IMG/VR virus record: IMGVR_UViG_3300028797_000128
Span: 42,088 to 106,087 of that record
Origin: a virus
Lineage: Duplodnaviria; Caudoviricetes
Length of the DNA: 64,000 bases
Reading direction: 5' to 3' (one strand)
The notes under the pieces were generated by a model, which searched no databases, was not told the DNA's origin, and worked only from the letters and a program-made list of their open reading frames with translations. The position numbers and the translations under genes were made by a program. Each line of letters opens with the position of its first letter. Within the stretch, counting starts at the first letter, position 1. Positions 40,951-50,758 of this stretch are shown here, one piece after another.

Positions 40951-41845
40951 GTTTTTTATAAGAGAAATTGCTGCGGTTTGGGCGTTTGATAAGCAGAATG
41001 AAGCTGTGTGGAAATGCACCAATATTGGCAAATTGAAGATTACTCAGGACGGTGAAACAATCCGCAAAAAAGATTCTCAGGGCGCAACAATTTTTAAAAT
41101 GGACACGGCAAAAAGTGCAAGTATAAGTTTTGAGGTGAATTACTGGGACTTCAATATTTTATCAATGATTTCGGGAGCAGATAAACGCACTCTTGATGGC
41201 ACTGATAATCCGTATATAGTAGAACCTATAAATGTTCCTTATGCACAGGACATCGTACTCACTGTTGAAGATATTGAAAACGGATATGTGGAACTCGATG
41301 AAACACCACGCAGAAACGAATATGGAGTATGTGAGATGTCTATGTTTCGCACTGGTAAGGGAGATACAATATTGCAAAATTATAAACAGGGATTATTCGC
41401 TGACGAAACTCATTTTGCCGTTGAAGGGAATAAACTTATGTTTCCTACTTCTCTATCGGACGAGGATAGATTTGAAATAGTTTATGAATTTAATTCTGCG
41501 GTTGGCGTGGAGTTGATTAATTCTGCTGATAAAGTCCCTGAAACATGGAAGGTCAGAATCCTTATGCTTGTATCTCCGATTTGCAATACAGACATTGTAT
41601 CTGCGGTATGGCTAACGGCTAACAACGCAACTCCTGATATGAGCGTTTCGCTTGATTTAGGCACAGAGGATAATATTCCTGTGAGCCTTGAATTGGGTTA
41701 CAGCATTTGTGACGACAAGAAGGAATTGTATAAAATCGTTTCCGCATATGCTGTCAGCGATGAAAGCTATGGTATACCGTTGCGCACAAATGACAGAAAT
41801 ACAGTATATACTTACGATCAAGATCCGGTAAGGACGATATCGTAA
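40943..41845 (+). CDS. Tail-tube protein paralogue
   Basis: Aligns by eye along its length with 26665-27501. Confidence 0.75.
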   Translation: MDKFFIREIAAVWAFDKQNEAVWKCTNIGKLKITQDGETIRKKDSQGATIFKMDTAKSASISFEVNYWDFNILSMISGADKRTLDGTDNPYIVEPINVPYAQDIVLTVEDIENGYVELDETPRRNEYGVCEMSMFRTGKGDTILQNYKQGLFADETHFAVEGNKLMFPTSLSDEDRFEIVYEFNSAVGVELINSADKVPETWKVRILMLVSPICNTDIVSAVWLTANNATPDMSVSLDLGTEDNIPVSLELGYSICDDKKELYKIVSAYAVSDESYGIPLRTNDRNTVYTYDQDPVRTIS

Positions 41846-41861
41846 GAGAAAGGAGAAATAG

Positions 41862-44456
41862 ATGGGAAAATTAAGTAGAAACTATCCCACATCTGAAGCG
41901 GTTGAAGCTGCGTTAAACAGAGCCAATAAAGCTGAAGCTGATATAAACAACTTACAGGCACAAATAGATGAGATAGTTATTTCATCTTCTGCTGAAGCTA
42001 TTGTTGCGCCTGAAGTTGCACAAGCAAGAGTCGGTGAAGATGGTACTGAATATACAACTCTGAAAGATAGATTGGATTCCGAAGTCAAATTGATTCGTGA
42101 TGATTTACTCAGCACAGTTGTTGAAGATATTTATGTGTTGGGCGACATTACAGACGGAGAATATTATGACATTGATGGAGAAGTTCAGAGTAGTCAATAT
42201 TGGAGCACCTGCACAATTAATGTGTTACCATATAAGAGAATAATTTATTCGGGTGTTACACATACCAGCGACAATTTGCGTTCAGTATTCATAAACAAGA
42301 ACAATCGTGTTATCGCTACATTCCCAATGGAAACAGGGCAAAATGTCATAGACGTACCGAAAGATGCGAGTGTAGTTGTGTTTTCTATTCACACGGCTGA
42401 AAAAGATGATTTTGTAAGTCTGGGAATTAATCGCAATGTCTTTATTGATGATTCCCAAATTGTTGAACACAATAATTATCTTGATTTATCAAATTATTCG
42501 GGCAATGGAATTACCATAGTAAGGAATGAAGATGACACATTAACGATTAATGGAGCGGCATCTCTTGTAACAGATGTGACAATTTGCACATTACAGGCAG
42601 GAACATATACGGCTCTTTACAAATTTGTAAGTGGCTCAACAACTTCTACTTCAGATATTTCTGTTAGAGTTAATGATGAAAGATGGGTAAATAACCATAC
42701 AAAAGTGTCAACCGTATCTCTTACTGGCATTACAGAAGTTAAATTGCGTATCTCAGGTGGGGCAGTTTTAAATAATGCCAAGGTTGAAGTTGTTATTAAC
42801 AAGGGAACAGAGGTTGATGAAGAAGCAAACTGGAGGTATACGGCATTGGATCAAAAAGCGAGAGAGATGTCAACAAAAAACGCAAGTGACATTTCTGATA
42901 ATAGCGATCTCATATCCATTATATCTGAAGAATCTTCAAATATGTTCTACGTGACAACAGTTCCTCAAACGCTTGGTGGTATTACAATTACGACCGACAC
43001 TAAAGGAAGAATTGTGATTAACGGTACAAGTTCTGGAAGTGTTAAGATACCGTTAATGGGCGCAGTAAGTGCAAGTAACACGAATTTGCCAGCGGGAACA
43101 TATACAGCAAAGATAGAGAGAGTTTCAGGTACGATTTCAACAGCAGGAAATATTAGTCTGAGATATGGTGATGTAAGTTCTGGTTCAGGTACAAGATGGG
43201 TAATTAGCACAACGCCAATCGAAACAGATACTTTTGAGAGTGACCAAAGCGTAATTTTGTATATTTCACCTAATACGGAATTTCATGATGCAACTTATGA
43301 GTTGCAAATTGAACAAGGAGAAACGGTTGGTAATTTCTATCCTTATGGGTTTATTACAGGCTATGACAAAATTGCAAGAGACAAAATCGCTGAAATAGAA
43401 GCCGAAATAACAGACGTTCCAGAATTGAGTCTTACCGATTTTGAGTATGAACTTATAGGCGGAGGCTTAAATGCTCTTAACTCTCTTTATGATGTGACAG
43501 GCAAATTATTTAATGTGAGCTATGTTACAGACACCCATATCGACATTTATCAGAATACACGACACGGGGAAGATTCTTTTAAATTATTCAATTCAATAAC
43601 AAACTACTGTGATATCTCTGTGCATATGGGTGATGTTGTACAATCAACAGGACGTACACGTGCTGAGGCTTTGCATAATTTTGAGGTTGCAGATTATCTT
43701 ATGAGAGATGCTAAAAGTTGTGTGATTTGTAGAGGTAATCACGATACCAACGTAAGAGCGGGATATCCAATAAATACAGCAGTCTTTAACACAATGGAAA
43801 TGCGCAGACGACCTGCTAATTTTATATCAAATCCAAATGATACTAATAAAATGTACGGATATATGGATTTTGCAGAGTATAAGTTGCGTGTGTATTTCTT
43901 AGACCCATACGATGATCTCACTCTTGCGCATTCAGGTTCTTCTTCTGCTCCGTATAATGACGTTGCCATAATAACCGAAAACCAACTTGACTGGCTTTTT
44001 GTGCAAAATGCCGTTACGGACACAACATGGACTGCCCTCATATTCTCTCATAACTCAACAGCTTCTACTTTAAAATACCAAGAAGCCGACTCGAAGAATA
44101 GCTCGTTTAGAACCAAACTGGCTACAATGATAGGCAATGGAATCCCCGTTGTCCTTTGTCATGGCAACAATCATAAAGATGCATGGCAATCTGTTGTTTG
44201 CGGAAATTCGGTTGGTAATATTTTAGATATTACATTTGAAAATGGTTTCTACAACTTTAATGATTCAGATGATATCGCAAAAGGATATTATTTTGATGGA
44301 CAAGGAAATCTGATCCCTAAAGATTTATATTGCGTAGGCTTTATTAGTATTGATACAACAAATCACATAATTTACGATACCAGAATTGGTAGAGGCAGTA
44401 GTAGAACTTGGCACTACGGATTATCCGATTCGGATATTTATGAAATTTCAAACTAA
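41862..44456 (+). CDS. Tail-associated protein: N-terminal anchor, two repeated beta domains, C-terminal metallophosphoesterase
   Basis: EVAQARV...LKDRLD; duplicated GIT...INGxxS...AGTYTA...RWV; TDTH, MGD, GNHD, FSH, HGNNH. Confidence 0.75.
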   Translation: MGKLSRNYPTSEAVEAALNRANKAEADINNLQAQIDEIVISSSAEAIVAPEVAQARVGEDGTEYTTLKDRLDSEVKLIRDDLLSTVVEDIYVLGDITDGEYYDIDGEVQSSQYWSTCTINVLPYKRIIYSGVTHTSDNLRSVFINKNNRVIATFPMETGQNVIDVPKDASVVVFSIHTAEKDDFVSLGINRNVFIDDSQIVEHNNYLDLSNYSGNGITIVRNEDDTLTINGAASLVTDVTICTLQAGTYTALYKFVSGSTTSTSDISVRVNDERWVNNHTKVSTVSLTGITEVKLRISGGAVLNNAKVEVVINKGTEVDEEANWRYTALDQKAREMSTKNASDISDNSDLISIISEESSNMFYVTTVPQTLGGITITTDTKGRIVINGTSSGSVKIPLMGAVSASNTNLPAGTYTAKIERVSGTISTAGNISLRYGDVSSGSGTRWVISTTPIETDTFESDQSVILYISPNTEFHDATYELQIEQGETVGNFYPYGFITGYDKIARDKIAEIEAEITDVPELSLTDFEYELIGGGLNALNSLYDVTGKLFNVSYVTDTHIDIYQNTRHGEDSFKLFNSITNYCDISVHMGDVVQSTGRTRAEALHNFEVADYLMRDAKSCVICRGNHDTNVRAGYPINTAVFNTMEMRRRPANFISNPNDTNKMYGYMDFAEYKLRVYFLDPYDDLTLAHSGSSSAPYNDVAIITENQLDWLFVQNAVTDTTWTALIFSHNSTASTLKYQEADSKNSSFRTKLATMIGNGIPVVLCHGNNHKDAWQSVVCGNSVGNILDITFENGFYNFNDSDDIAKGYYFDGQGNLIPKDLYCVGFISIDTTNHIIYDTRIGRGSSRTWHYGLSDSDIYEISN

Positions 44457-44475
44457 ACAGAAAGGAAGATGAACT

Positions 44476-44787
44476 ATGGCTAACAAATATACGGTTGTAA
44501 GTGATGAGCTTTATGCAAACGGGGTTGCCAAAGAGGTTAAAATATATAATCTTACTGGCTCTGACCTCCGCATTAAGGCTACTGGCACTGGTTCTTGTCA
44601 GGTGGTTGGAAAGCTGACTGCTAATGACGATTGGAAAGTGTTGTCCCTTGTAAAGCTTAAAGGCTTTGACGTTGTGGACACGATTACAGATAATGAAATT
44701 TATGCTGCCGATGTGAGTGGTATCTATGCTATTTCTGTGCAGAATGCCTCTGGCTTTTCTAAAGTCTGGGCTACGGTTCTTGCGTAA
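44476..44787 (+). CDS. Hypothetical beta-rich structural protein
   Basis: SD; synteny. Confidence 0.6.
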   Translation: MANKYTVVSDELYANGVAKEVKIYNLTGSDLRIKATGTGSCQVVGKLTANDDWKVLSLVKLKGFDVVDTITDNEIYAADVSGIYAISVQNASGFSKVWATVLA

Positions 44788-44800
44788 GGAGGTGTAGCAT

Positions 44801-45211
44801 ATGGATGTTGTAACATTAGGTGCTGCTCTTAATGGCAGTAAAACATATACAGATAATGCAGTTGCCGCCCTTGTGGGCGGTGTGCATTACAAGGGTAGTG
44901 TCAACTATTATGCTGACCTACCAAACAATGCAAGTGAAGGCGATGCTTACACGGTAAAATATTTAGGTACAAGTGGAACTGATATTGACGGTGGAGAGTA
45001 TGTCTGGGGATATGACGACGATTTAAGCGACTACGCATGGATTAGCTTTTCTAAAAGCTGTTATACAAAAAGCGAAGCTGATACTCTATTAGATGGGAAA
45101 GCAGATTGCGGTAATGATTATTTGGAACTCCCCAACGGTAAAAGATTATATATATCATCAACTGCGCCTACTGGCAATATCCCCGATGGCTCAATCGGTG
45201 TCGGTTGGTAA
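44801..45211 (+). CDS. Hypothetical tail/fibre-associated protein
   Basis: YKGSV..YADLP...GDAY motif seen in fibre proteins. Confidence 0.55.
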   Translation: MDVVTLGAALNGSKTYTDNAVAALVGGVHYKGSVNYYADLPNNASEGDAYTVKYLGTSGTDIDGGEYVWGYDDDLSDYAWISFSKSCYTKSEADTLLDGKADCGNDYLELPNGKRLYISSTAPTGNIPDGSIGVGW

Positions 45212-45226
45212 GGCGGTGAATAAAGC

Positions 45227-46033
45227 ATGAATTTTAAGAGATACGTAGAGAGTAGCGGCACATGGGTTGACTCTCACTATATTCGTGGAACATCAACCGA
45301 CACGATAACTCTACCAACAACCATATACGGCGACGGCACAAATGCAAGTTTGACTATCAAGGGTAACACCGTCCAGAACGGAACGCCGTCACCGAGTAAT
45401 CCTGTATCAGTGGACGGAGTGGGAGAATTAGAAACATCGGGAGAACACGCAGGAGATTATAAAATCCCGATTTTAAACGGACAGACCACAACGCCTGTAT
45501 ATTTGGGAAGTGTGGAGAGTGAGAGGAAGATTAAGAAGTTAGTCTTTGATGGCACTGAAGGTTGGACAAAAAGCAGAAACGATGATACTGCATTTTTTAA
45601 ATTGCAGTTGTCAGATTATAAGCTTCAAACCGTTGCGTTTTGTTCTCATTTTGAATATGCAAATGTTACGCAAAGCGGAACAACATTAGGGTTTTATATT
45701 GTGCTTGGTTCAGGCATGATAAGAATACGTCCAGAAAATGTTGCAACAACAAGCCTTGAATCATTTTTATCATTCCTTTCAACGCAGTATTCTAATGGCA
45801 CAGCTGTAACAATTTATTACGTATTGGACACGCCCGAAACTATAATCTCTAATGAGCCTTTATATAAAATTGATAACTATTCTGATTCCATCTCGACTTC
45901 AATCCCCACGACAGACGAAGCAAACACACTCTCAGTTGGCACTACGGTACAGCCGAGTGAGGTAACTGTCACCTTTAAAGGGTGGCATCCTGTTGCGGAT
46001 GTCCATGAACACACAAACGGTGCATGGACATAA
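45227..46033 (+). CDS. Putative receptor-binding/tail protein
   Basis: KGNTVQNGTPSPSNPV; VTIYYVLDTP motif. Confidence 0.6.
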   Translation: MNFKRYVESSGTWVDSHYIRGTSTDTITLPTTIYGDGTNASLTIKGNTVQNGTPSPSNPVSVDGVGELETSGEHAGDYKIPILNGQTTTPVYLGSVESERKIKKLVFDGTEGWTKSRNDDTAFFKLQLSDYKLQTVAFCSHFEYANVTQSGTTLGFYIVLGSGMIRIRPENVATTSLESFLSFLSTQYSNGTAVTIYYVLDTPETIISNEPLYKIDNYSDSISTSIPTTDEANTLSVGTTVQPSEVTVTFKGWHPVADVHEHTNGAWT

Positions 46034-46113
46034 CTGAATAAAAAAAAGGTAATTTCAACTAAGGCGTGGTCATTAATTTGGTCACGCCTCTAATTATGAA
46101 AGGAAGTATGCCG

Positions 46114-46632
46114 ATGCACGAAATATTCAAGAAATTATCAAATCATATGGTTGGTGCTATGATGATTCACACTCAGCTTACGGAATTGTTTAATTTCATT
46201 GACCTTGAAGCTGACGCTAAACGACAGAAGAAGCAACTGCACGAAGAATCGGACGGTCTTTTGAAGTTAGAGAAGTATGCTACACAGCATCATCACATAC
46301 TGATAACGTCAGATAATCCTCCACAGGTAGACATATTGAATCTTGATATATTAGAACGTCCAAACGATAAATTATCGCCAGATGATAAAATTCATCTCAT
46401 TCAGTACGCCCTTAAAGAGTGGATTGAGTGGGAAAAGAAAAGCAAAGTAATATATGAGGACTCCTATCACAACCTTGTGGATATGTCAGAAATAGCCGCC
46501 GCAGACTTTGTTTTGCAATACGTCAAGGACGTTGACAAAGAACTGAGAGATGCAGAACTGCTTTACAGAGTTAGGGATGCTATTGATTGGGACTTGGCAA
46601 CTATTTACGATGAACAAGCAAGAAAGACGTAA
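46114..46632 (+). CDS. Ferritin-like four-helix-bundle protein
   Basis: Helical; His/Glu pattern (MMIH, HEE, EWE, DVDKE). Confidence 0.5.
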   Translation: MHEIFKKLSNHMVGAMMIHTQLTELFNFIDLEADAKRQKKQLHEESDGLLKLEKYATQHHHILITSDNPPQVDILNLDILERPNDKLSPDDKIHLIQYALKEWIEWEKKSKVIYEDSYHNLVDMSEIAAADFVLQYVKDVDKELRDAELLYRVRDAIDWDLATIYDEQARKT

Positions 46633-46641
46633 GGAGATTTT

Positions 46642-47025
46642 ATGTATGTAAACTTCAATGAAAACCCTCGTGGAAACTACTACGCTGGCGACTGTGTGAT
46701 AAGAGCCATTAATATTGTCACAGGAATATCGTGGGACGAAATCTACACTACTCTTTGTGCTGAAGGTTTTTACTTAGGTGATTGGGGCAATACAAACGCA
46801 TCGTGGGACTGGTATCTTAGAAGTTTGGGCTTTAAGAGATATATCTGCCCTAATGACTGTCCGTTTTGCTATTCACTTGTAGATTTTGCAAACGATCACC
46901 CGACTGGCAAATACATAGTGGCGACTGGCACTCATGCCGTAGCAGTAGTTAATGGTGATTACTATGACGCTTTCGACAGTGGTCATGTAACACCGATATA
47001 TTATTACACGAAAGAAGGTGAGTAA
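46642..47025 (+). CDS. Putative papain/C39-like cysteine peptidase fold protein
   Basis: GDCVIRA...HAVAV...YDAFDS (Cys-His-Asp order). Confidence 0.45.
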   Translation: MYVNFNENPRGNYYAGDCVIRAINIVTGISWDEIYTTLCAEGFYLGDWGNTNASWDWYLRSLGFKRYICPNDCPFCYSLVDFANDHPTGKYIVATGTHAVAVVNGDYYDAFDSGHVTPIYYYTKEGE

Positions 47026-47418
47026 ATGGCTTATGGTTATATCCCAAACAATTACAACCTTTATGGGCAACAATTTCAGTCTGCGCAGCAATATATGCAA
47101 CCGCAAACTAACAACATAGTTCACGTTCAAAATGAGCAACAGGCTCGTGCGTGGACGGTTGCTCCAAACAGTTCTGTGATGTTCATTGATGATAGTAGCC
47201 CACATTGTTATACAAAGACAATGGGAATGTCACAATTAGAGCCCCCCGTATTCAAGTGCTTCAAACTTGTAGAGGTGGAGACTTCACAGCAACAGGTTCA
47301 AGAACCGCAACAAAATGCTGATTTATCTGCCTTTATGACAAAAGAAGAATTTGAGCCATATAAGGCGATAATAGAAGAAATGCAGAAAATAGCAAAGGAG
47401 CTGAATGGAAATGAGTAA
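47026..47418 (+). CDS. Hypothetical protein with Q/N/Y-rich N-terminus
   Basis: SD; composition. Confidence 0.75.
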   Translation: MAYGYIPNNYNLYGQQFQSAQQYMQPQTNNIVHVQNEQQARAWTVAPNSSVMFIDDSSPHCYTKTMGMSQLEPPVFKCFKLVEVETSQQQVQEPQQNADLSAFMTKEEFEPYKAIIEEMQKIAKELNGNE

Positions 47419-47623
47419 TCCTTTGAATGTAGGGAGACAGCAACAGCCTGATATGAACGCATTATATCAGCAGTTTGCGCAGAATCCTATGCAATATCTT
47501 ACGGGAATGAATATCCCAAAGGAGCTTACAACTCCACAACAAATTGTACAATACTTAGCCGATAATGGCAAAATCCCACCAATGCTTCAACAGCGTGTAA
47601 ACGCAATGCTTGGCAGGAAGTGA
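47411..47623 (+). CDS. Small Q/M/P-rich helical protein
   Basis: NPMQ and PQQIVQYL motifs. Confidence 0.75.
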   Translation: MSNPLNVGRQQQPDMNALYQQFAQNPMQYLTGMNIPKELTTPQQIVQYLADNGKIPPMLQQRVNAMLGRK

Positions 47624-47773
47624 GTTATAGTGTAAAGCTATGGCTCACAATGAGTTATAGTCTTTACCTTTCTAATGGTATTAAGGCAATTCCGCCTTGA
47701 TATATAACGCACCGTTCACACATAAGGATGTGAACGCTCACCCCTAAAAGTTATGGGGAGAAAGGAGGGCTTT

Positions 47774-48730
47774 ATGGCTCTTACAGAAAACGGAATGGAC
47801 ACAACAATGCTTGTATCTCCTACTGGTGGCTACGGCGGTGGCAACGGACTCTTTGGTGGCGGAGACTCATGGCTCGGCATACTGTTCCTCATCGCACTCT
47901 GTAACGGTGGCTTTGGCTTTGGCGGCTTTGGCGGCGGTTATGGCGCAATGATGGGAATGGGCATGGCAGATGGCTTCGGTCTTTATCCGTGGCTCAACAA
48001 CAGCCAGAACATCAACGATGGATTCCGTGACCAGATGCTTAACTCCACAGTACAGGGCATCCAGAACTCTATCACAAGCGGATTTGGTGACGTACAGCTT
48101 GGCATTGCAGGTGTAAATCAGAACATCTGTCAGACTGGCAACGGCATTACAAGTGCAATCAATCAGGGATTTGCAAGCACAAATCTCGGTATGTGTCAGG
48201 GCTTCAATGGCGTGAATAATTCTATCTTTGGAGCACAGACTGCAATTTCTCAGCAGCTTAATGGTAATGAGATAGCAAATCTTGAAAGAAGTTTTGCTTC
48301 ACAGACAGCTAATTCTCAGGGCTTAAACGCTATTCAGTCACAGCTTGCTAACTGCTGTTGTGAGAATCGTGCAGCTACCGCTGACGTAAAGTACACACTC
48401 GCACAGGAAGGATGTGCTACAAGAACCGCTGACGCTCAGAATACCAATGCGCTTCTCACAGCCTTTAATAGTGGTATTCAGAGCATTAAGGATCAGCTTT
48501 GCTCAGACAAGATTGAGAGCAAGAACGACATCATTGCACAGCTTCGCTCAGAGCTTATGTTCGCTCGTGGACAGGCTTCACAGGATGTTCAGACAGGGGT
48601 TATCCAGCTTGGTCAGAGAAATCTCGCTAACGAAATAGAGCAGTATGTTGCTCCAAAGGCTATCCCCGCTTACATGGTACAGAACCCTAATTGCTGTGCC
48701 AACGCTTGCGGTTGCAACGGCTCATTTTAA
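47774..48730 (+). CDS. Gly-rich, membrane-segment, coiled-coil, Cys-cluster protein
   Basis: AAGGAGG SD; GGYGGG...WLGILFLIALC...GGFGFGG; repeats; NCCCEN; C-terminal CCANACGC. Confidence 0.85.
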   Translation: MALTENGMDTTMLVSPTGGYGGGNGLFGGGDSWLGILFLIALCNGGFGFGGFGGGYGAMMGMGMADGFGLYPWLNNSQNINDGFRDQMLNSTVQGIQNSITSGFGDVQLGIAGVNQNICQTGNGITSAINQGFASTNLGMCQGFNGVNNSIFGAQTAISQQLNGNEIANLERSFASQTANSQGLNAIQSQLANCCCENRAATADVKYTLAQEGCATRTADAQNTNALLTAFNSGIQSIKDQLCSDKIESKNDIIAQLRSELMFARGQASQDVQTGVIQLGQRNLANEIEQYVAPKAIPAYMVQNPNCCANACGCNGSF

Positions 48731-48748
48731 TGATGGGCGGTGATAACT

Positions 48749-49237
48749 ATGGCAGCAGAATACAGCAGTAATGCTACACAGGTAGTACAGGCTACCGCAC
48801 CTGTAATCTTTACGGAATCCCCCGTTCCTTGCAACGCAGGACTTGTATTCCATAGAGATGAAAGCGGAATCTTCTTACTCGCAAACAATGCACCTACTTT
48901 TAAAGGTTGCTATGAGTGCAGACGAGTATATGAAACACTTTACAACGTGGAGTTCCACGGCAATATCAGTTTGCCCGAAGAACCCGCAGGAACAGTTGAA
49001 CCTATCAGCCTTGCAATTGCAATAGGCGGTGAAACTGATCCGAGTTCCATTATGACAGTAACCGTACCTCTGGTTTCAGACGTATCGGGCGATAATGTCG
49101 GAGCTTCAATAATCGTGGCAGTACCAAGTCTTTGTGGCTGTCAGAGTGTTTCAGTACGCAACATAAGCACACAGGCAATTAATGTGATGAACGCTAATAT
49201 TATCTTTGAATATATTGGCACTCGCAGGATTAGATGA
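48749..49237 (+). CDS. Beta-sandwich protein, possibly BclA-CTD/C1q-like
   Basis: Alternating beta pattern YNVEFHGNI...ISLAIAIGG...VSVRNIS. Confidence 0.5.
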   Translation: MAAEYSSNATQVVQATAPVIFTESPVPCNAGLVFHRDESGIFLLANNAPTFKGCYECRRVYETLYNVEFHGNISLPEEPAGTVEPISLAIAIGGETDPSSIMTVTVPLVSDVSGDNVGASIIVAVPSLCGCQSVSVRNISTQAINVMNANIIFEYIGTRRIR

Positions 49238-49251
49238 AAGGTAGGTAGAAC

Positions 49252-49686
49252 ATGGATAAGAAGTTAGATACCCTGTATGACCTTTGCGAAACAGTGTCAA
49301 AGGAACTTGAAAGTGCAAACGAGAAGATTAATGGTGCAGGTGGTGAACTGAGTGCTGGCGATTTGGAATACCTTGACAAACTCACCCACACAATGAAGTC
49401 TCTCAAGACCACTATCGCTATGATAGAGGCAGAGGACGGACACAGTGGCTATTATATGGGCGGCAGATATTACTACGACAATGATATGTCTATGGAAGGC
49501 AGAGGCGGTCGTTCTAACGCTCGTGGTGGTCGTAGTTCTTATGCAAGACGAGGCTCATACGCTCGTGGCTACAGCAGAGATGATGCGAAAGAGGACTTCA
49601 TCGACGAGATAGAAGAACTCGTGGAGAAAGCTCCTGATGAGCGTACTCGCAAGAAATTTGAAAGATTCCTTTCCGAAATGAAGTAA
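49252..49686 (+). CDS. Helical protein with RGG/SYAR low-complexity repeat
   Basis: GRGGRSNARGGRSSYARRGSYARGYSR. Confidence 0.8.
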   Translation: MDKKLDTLYDLCETVSKELESANEKINGAGGELSAGDLEYLDKLTHTMKSLKTTIAMIEAEDGHSGYYMGGRYYYDNDMSMEGRGGRSNARGGRSSYARRGSYARGYSRDDAKEDFIDEIEELVEKAPDERTRKKFERFLSEMK

Positions 49687-49800
49687 GCTAAGGCTCTTTC
49701 GGGTGGTGGTGTAACAGCCATCACCCCTCAAATATGGAAATTCAGGTGGCAAGATAATGTCGCCTTTAATATATAAAAACTAAATGAAAGGAGTGATCGC

Positions 49801-49998
49801 ATGAAATTAATACTCCAAAAATTAGCAAAACTCATTGATGTAAAAACGTTTGTGACTTTCTCACTAACGGCAACATTTGTGTATCTATGTGTGTTAGACA
49901 AAGTTGAACCTCAAATATTTTTGACAATCTACAGTTCAGTATTGGGTTTTTATTTTGGCACACAGCATGAAAAAAAGAATAGTGATGGAAAGGAGTGA
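49801..49998 (+). CDS. Holin-like protein
   Basis: Two TM segments, FYFGTQ, basic C-terminus; upstream of the endolysin. Confidence 0.75.
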   Translation: MKLILQKLAKLIDVKTFVTFSLTATFVYLCVLDKVEPQIFLTIYSSVLGFYFGTQHEKKNSDGKE

Positions 49999-50002
49999 AA
50001 GA

Positions 50003-50752
50003 ATGGCAGGTAAAGCACAAGATTTAACTGGGTTAGTGTTTGGGAGATGGAAAGTGTTGGAAAGAGCTGAAAATCGTTATTATTCAAATGGTAGGCAAGC
50101 CGTATATTGGAAATGCCAGTGTCAATGTAGCAACGGAACAATAAGAGATGTATTGGCTACAACATTAAAAACCGGCAAGTCAGTTTCGTGTGGCTGTTAT
50201 CAAAAGGAAATCGCAACACAAACAATAGCCGAAGTCCGCAAAAAATATAATGCTTATGTTGTTCATGATGATTATGTCATTTTATATACTTATAAAAATG
50301 AACCATTTTTCGTAGACATAGAAGATTTTGGACGGATTCATAAATACTGCTGGCATAAAAATGATAACGGATACTTGGTTACAACAATCAATCATACTAC
50401 AGTTTACTTGCATAGAATGATTATGAATGCTCCACCTAATATTGATGTTGACCATGAACACGGCTCAAGCACAAAGCATGACAATCGCAAAAGTAATCTT
50501 CGCCTTGCAACGATATCTCAAAATGGCATGAATAAAGAAAAACAATCCAATAATACATCGGGTTATGTTGGTGTTTCATGGAGTAAAAAATCTAATAAAT
50601 GGAGATCGCGCATCTGTATCAATAAAAAGGAAATATTTTTAGGGGAATATGTCAATATCCAAGATGCTATTGATGCGAGGCGCAAGGCAGAAGAAAAATA
50701 TTTTGGCGAATTTGGGTATAAACAAAGCAGAGGAAAAGGACGAGAGGAGTGA
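50003..50752 (+). CDS. HNH homing endonuclease with AP2-like domain
   Basis: DLTG..FG, SCGC, LHRMI...VDH...DNRKSNLR...N, NTSGYVGVSW. Confidence 0.9.
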   Translation: MAGKAQDLTGLVFGRWKVLERAENRYYSNGRQAVYWKCQCQCSNGTIRDVLATTLKTGKSVSCGCYQKEIATQTIAEVRKKYNAYVVHDDYVILYTYKNEPFFVDIEDFGRIHKYCWHKNDNGYLVTTINHTTVYLHRMIMNAPPNIDVDHEHGSSTKHDNRKSNLRLATISQNGMNKEKQSNNTSGYVGVSWSKKSNKWRSRICINKKEIFLGEYVNIQDAIDARRKAEEKYFGEFGYKQSRGKGREE

Positions 50753-50758
50753 AAACAT

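Noticed and set aside
37056-46033. Diversity-generating retroelement acting on tail genes
   Set aside because: No reverse transcriptase in the window and no template/variable repeat pair seen by eye
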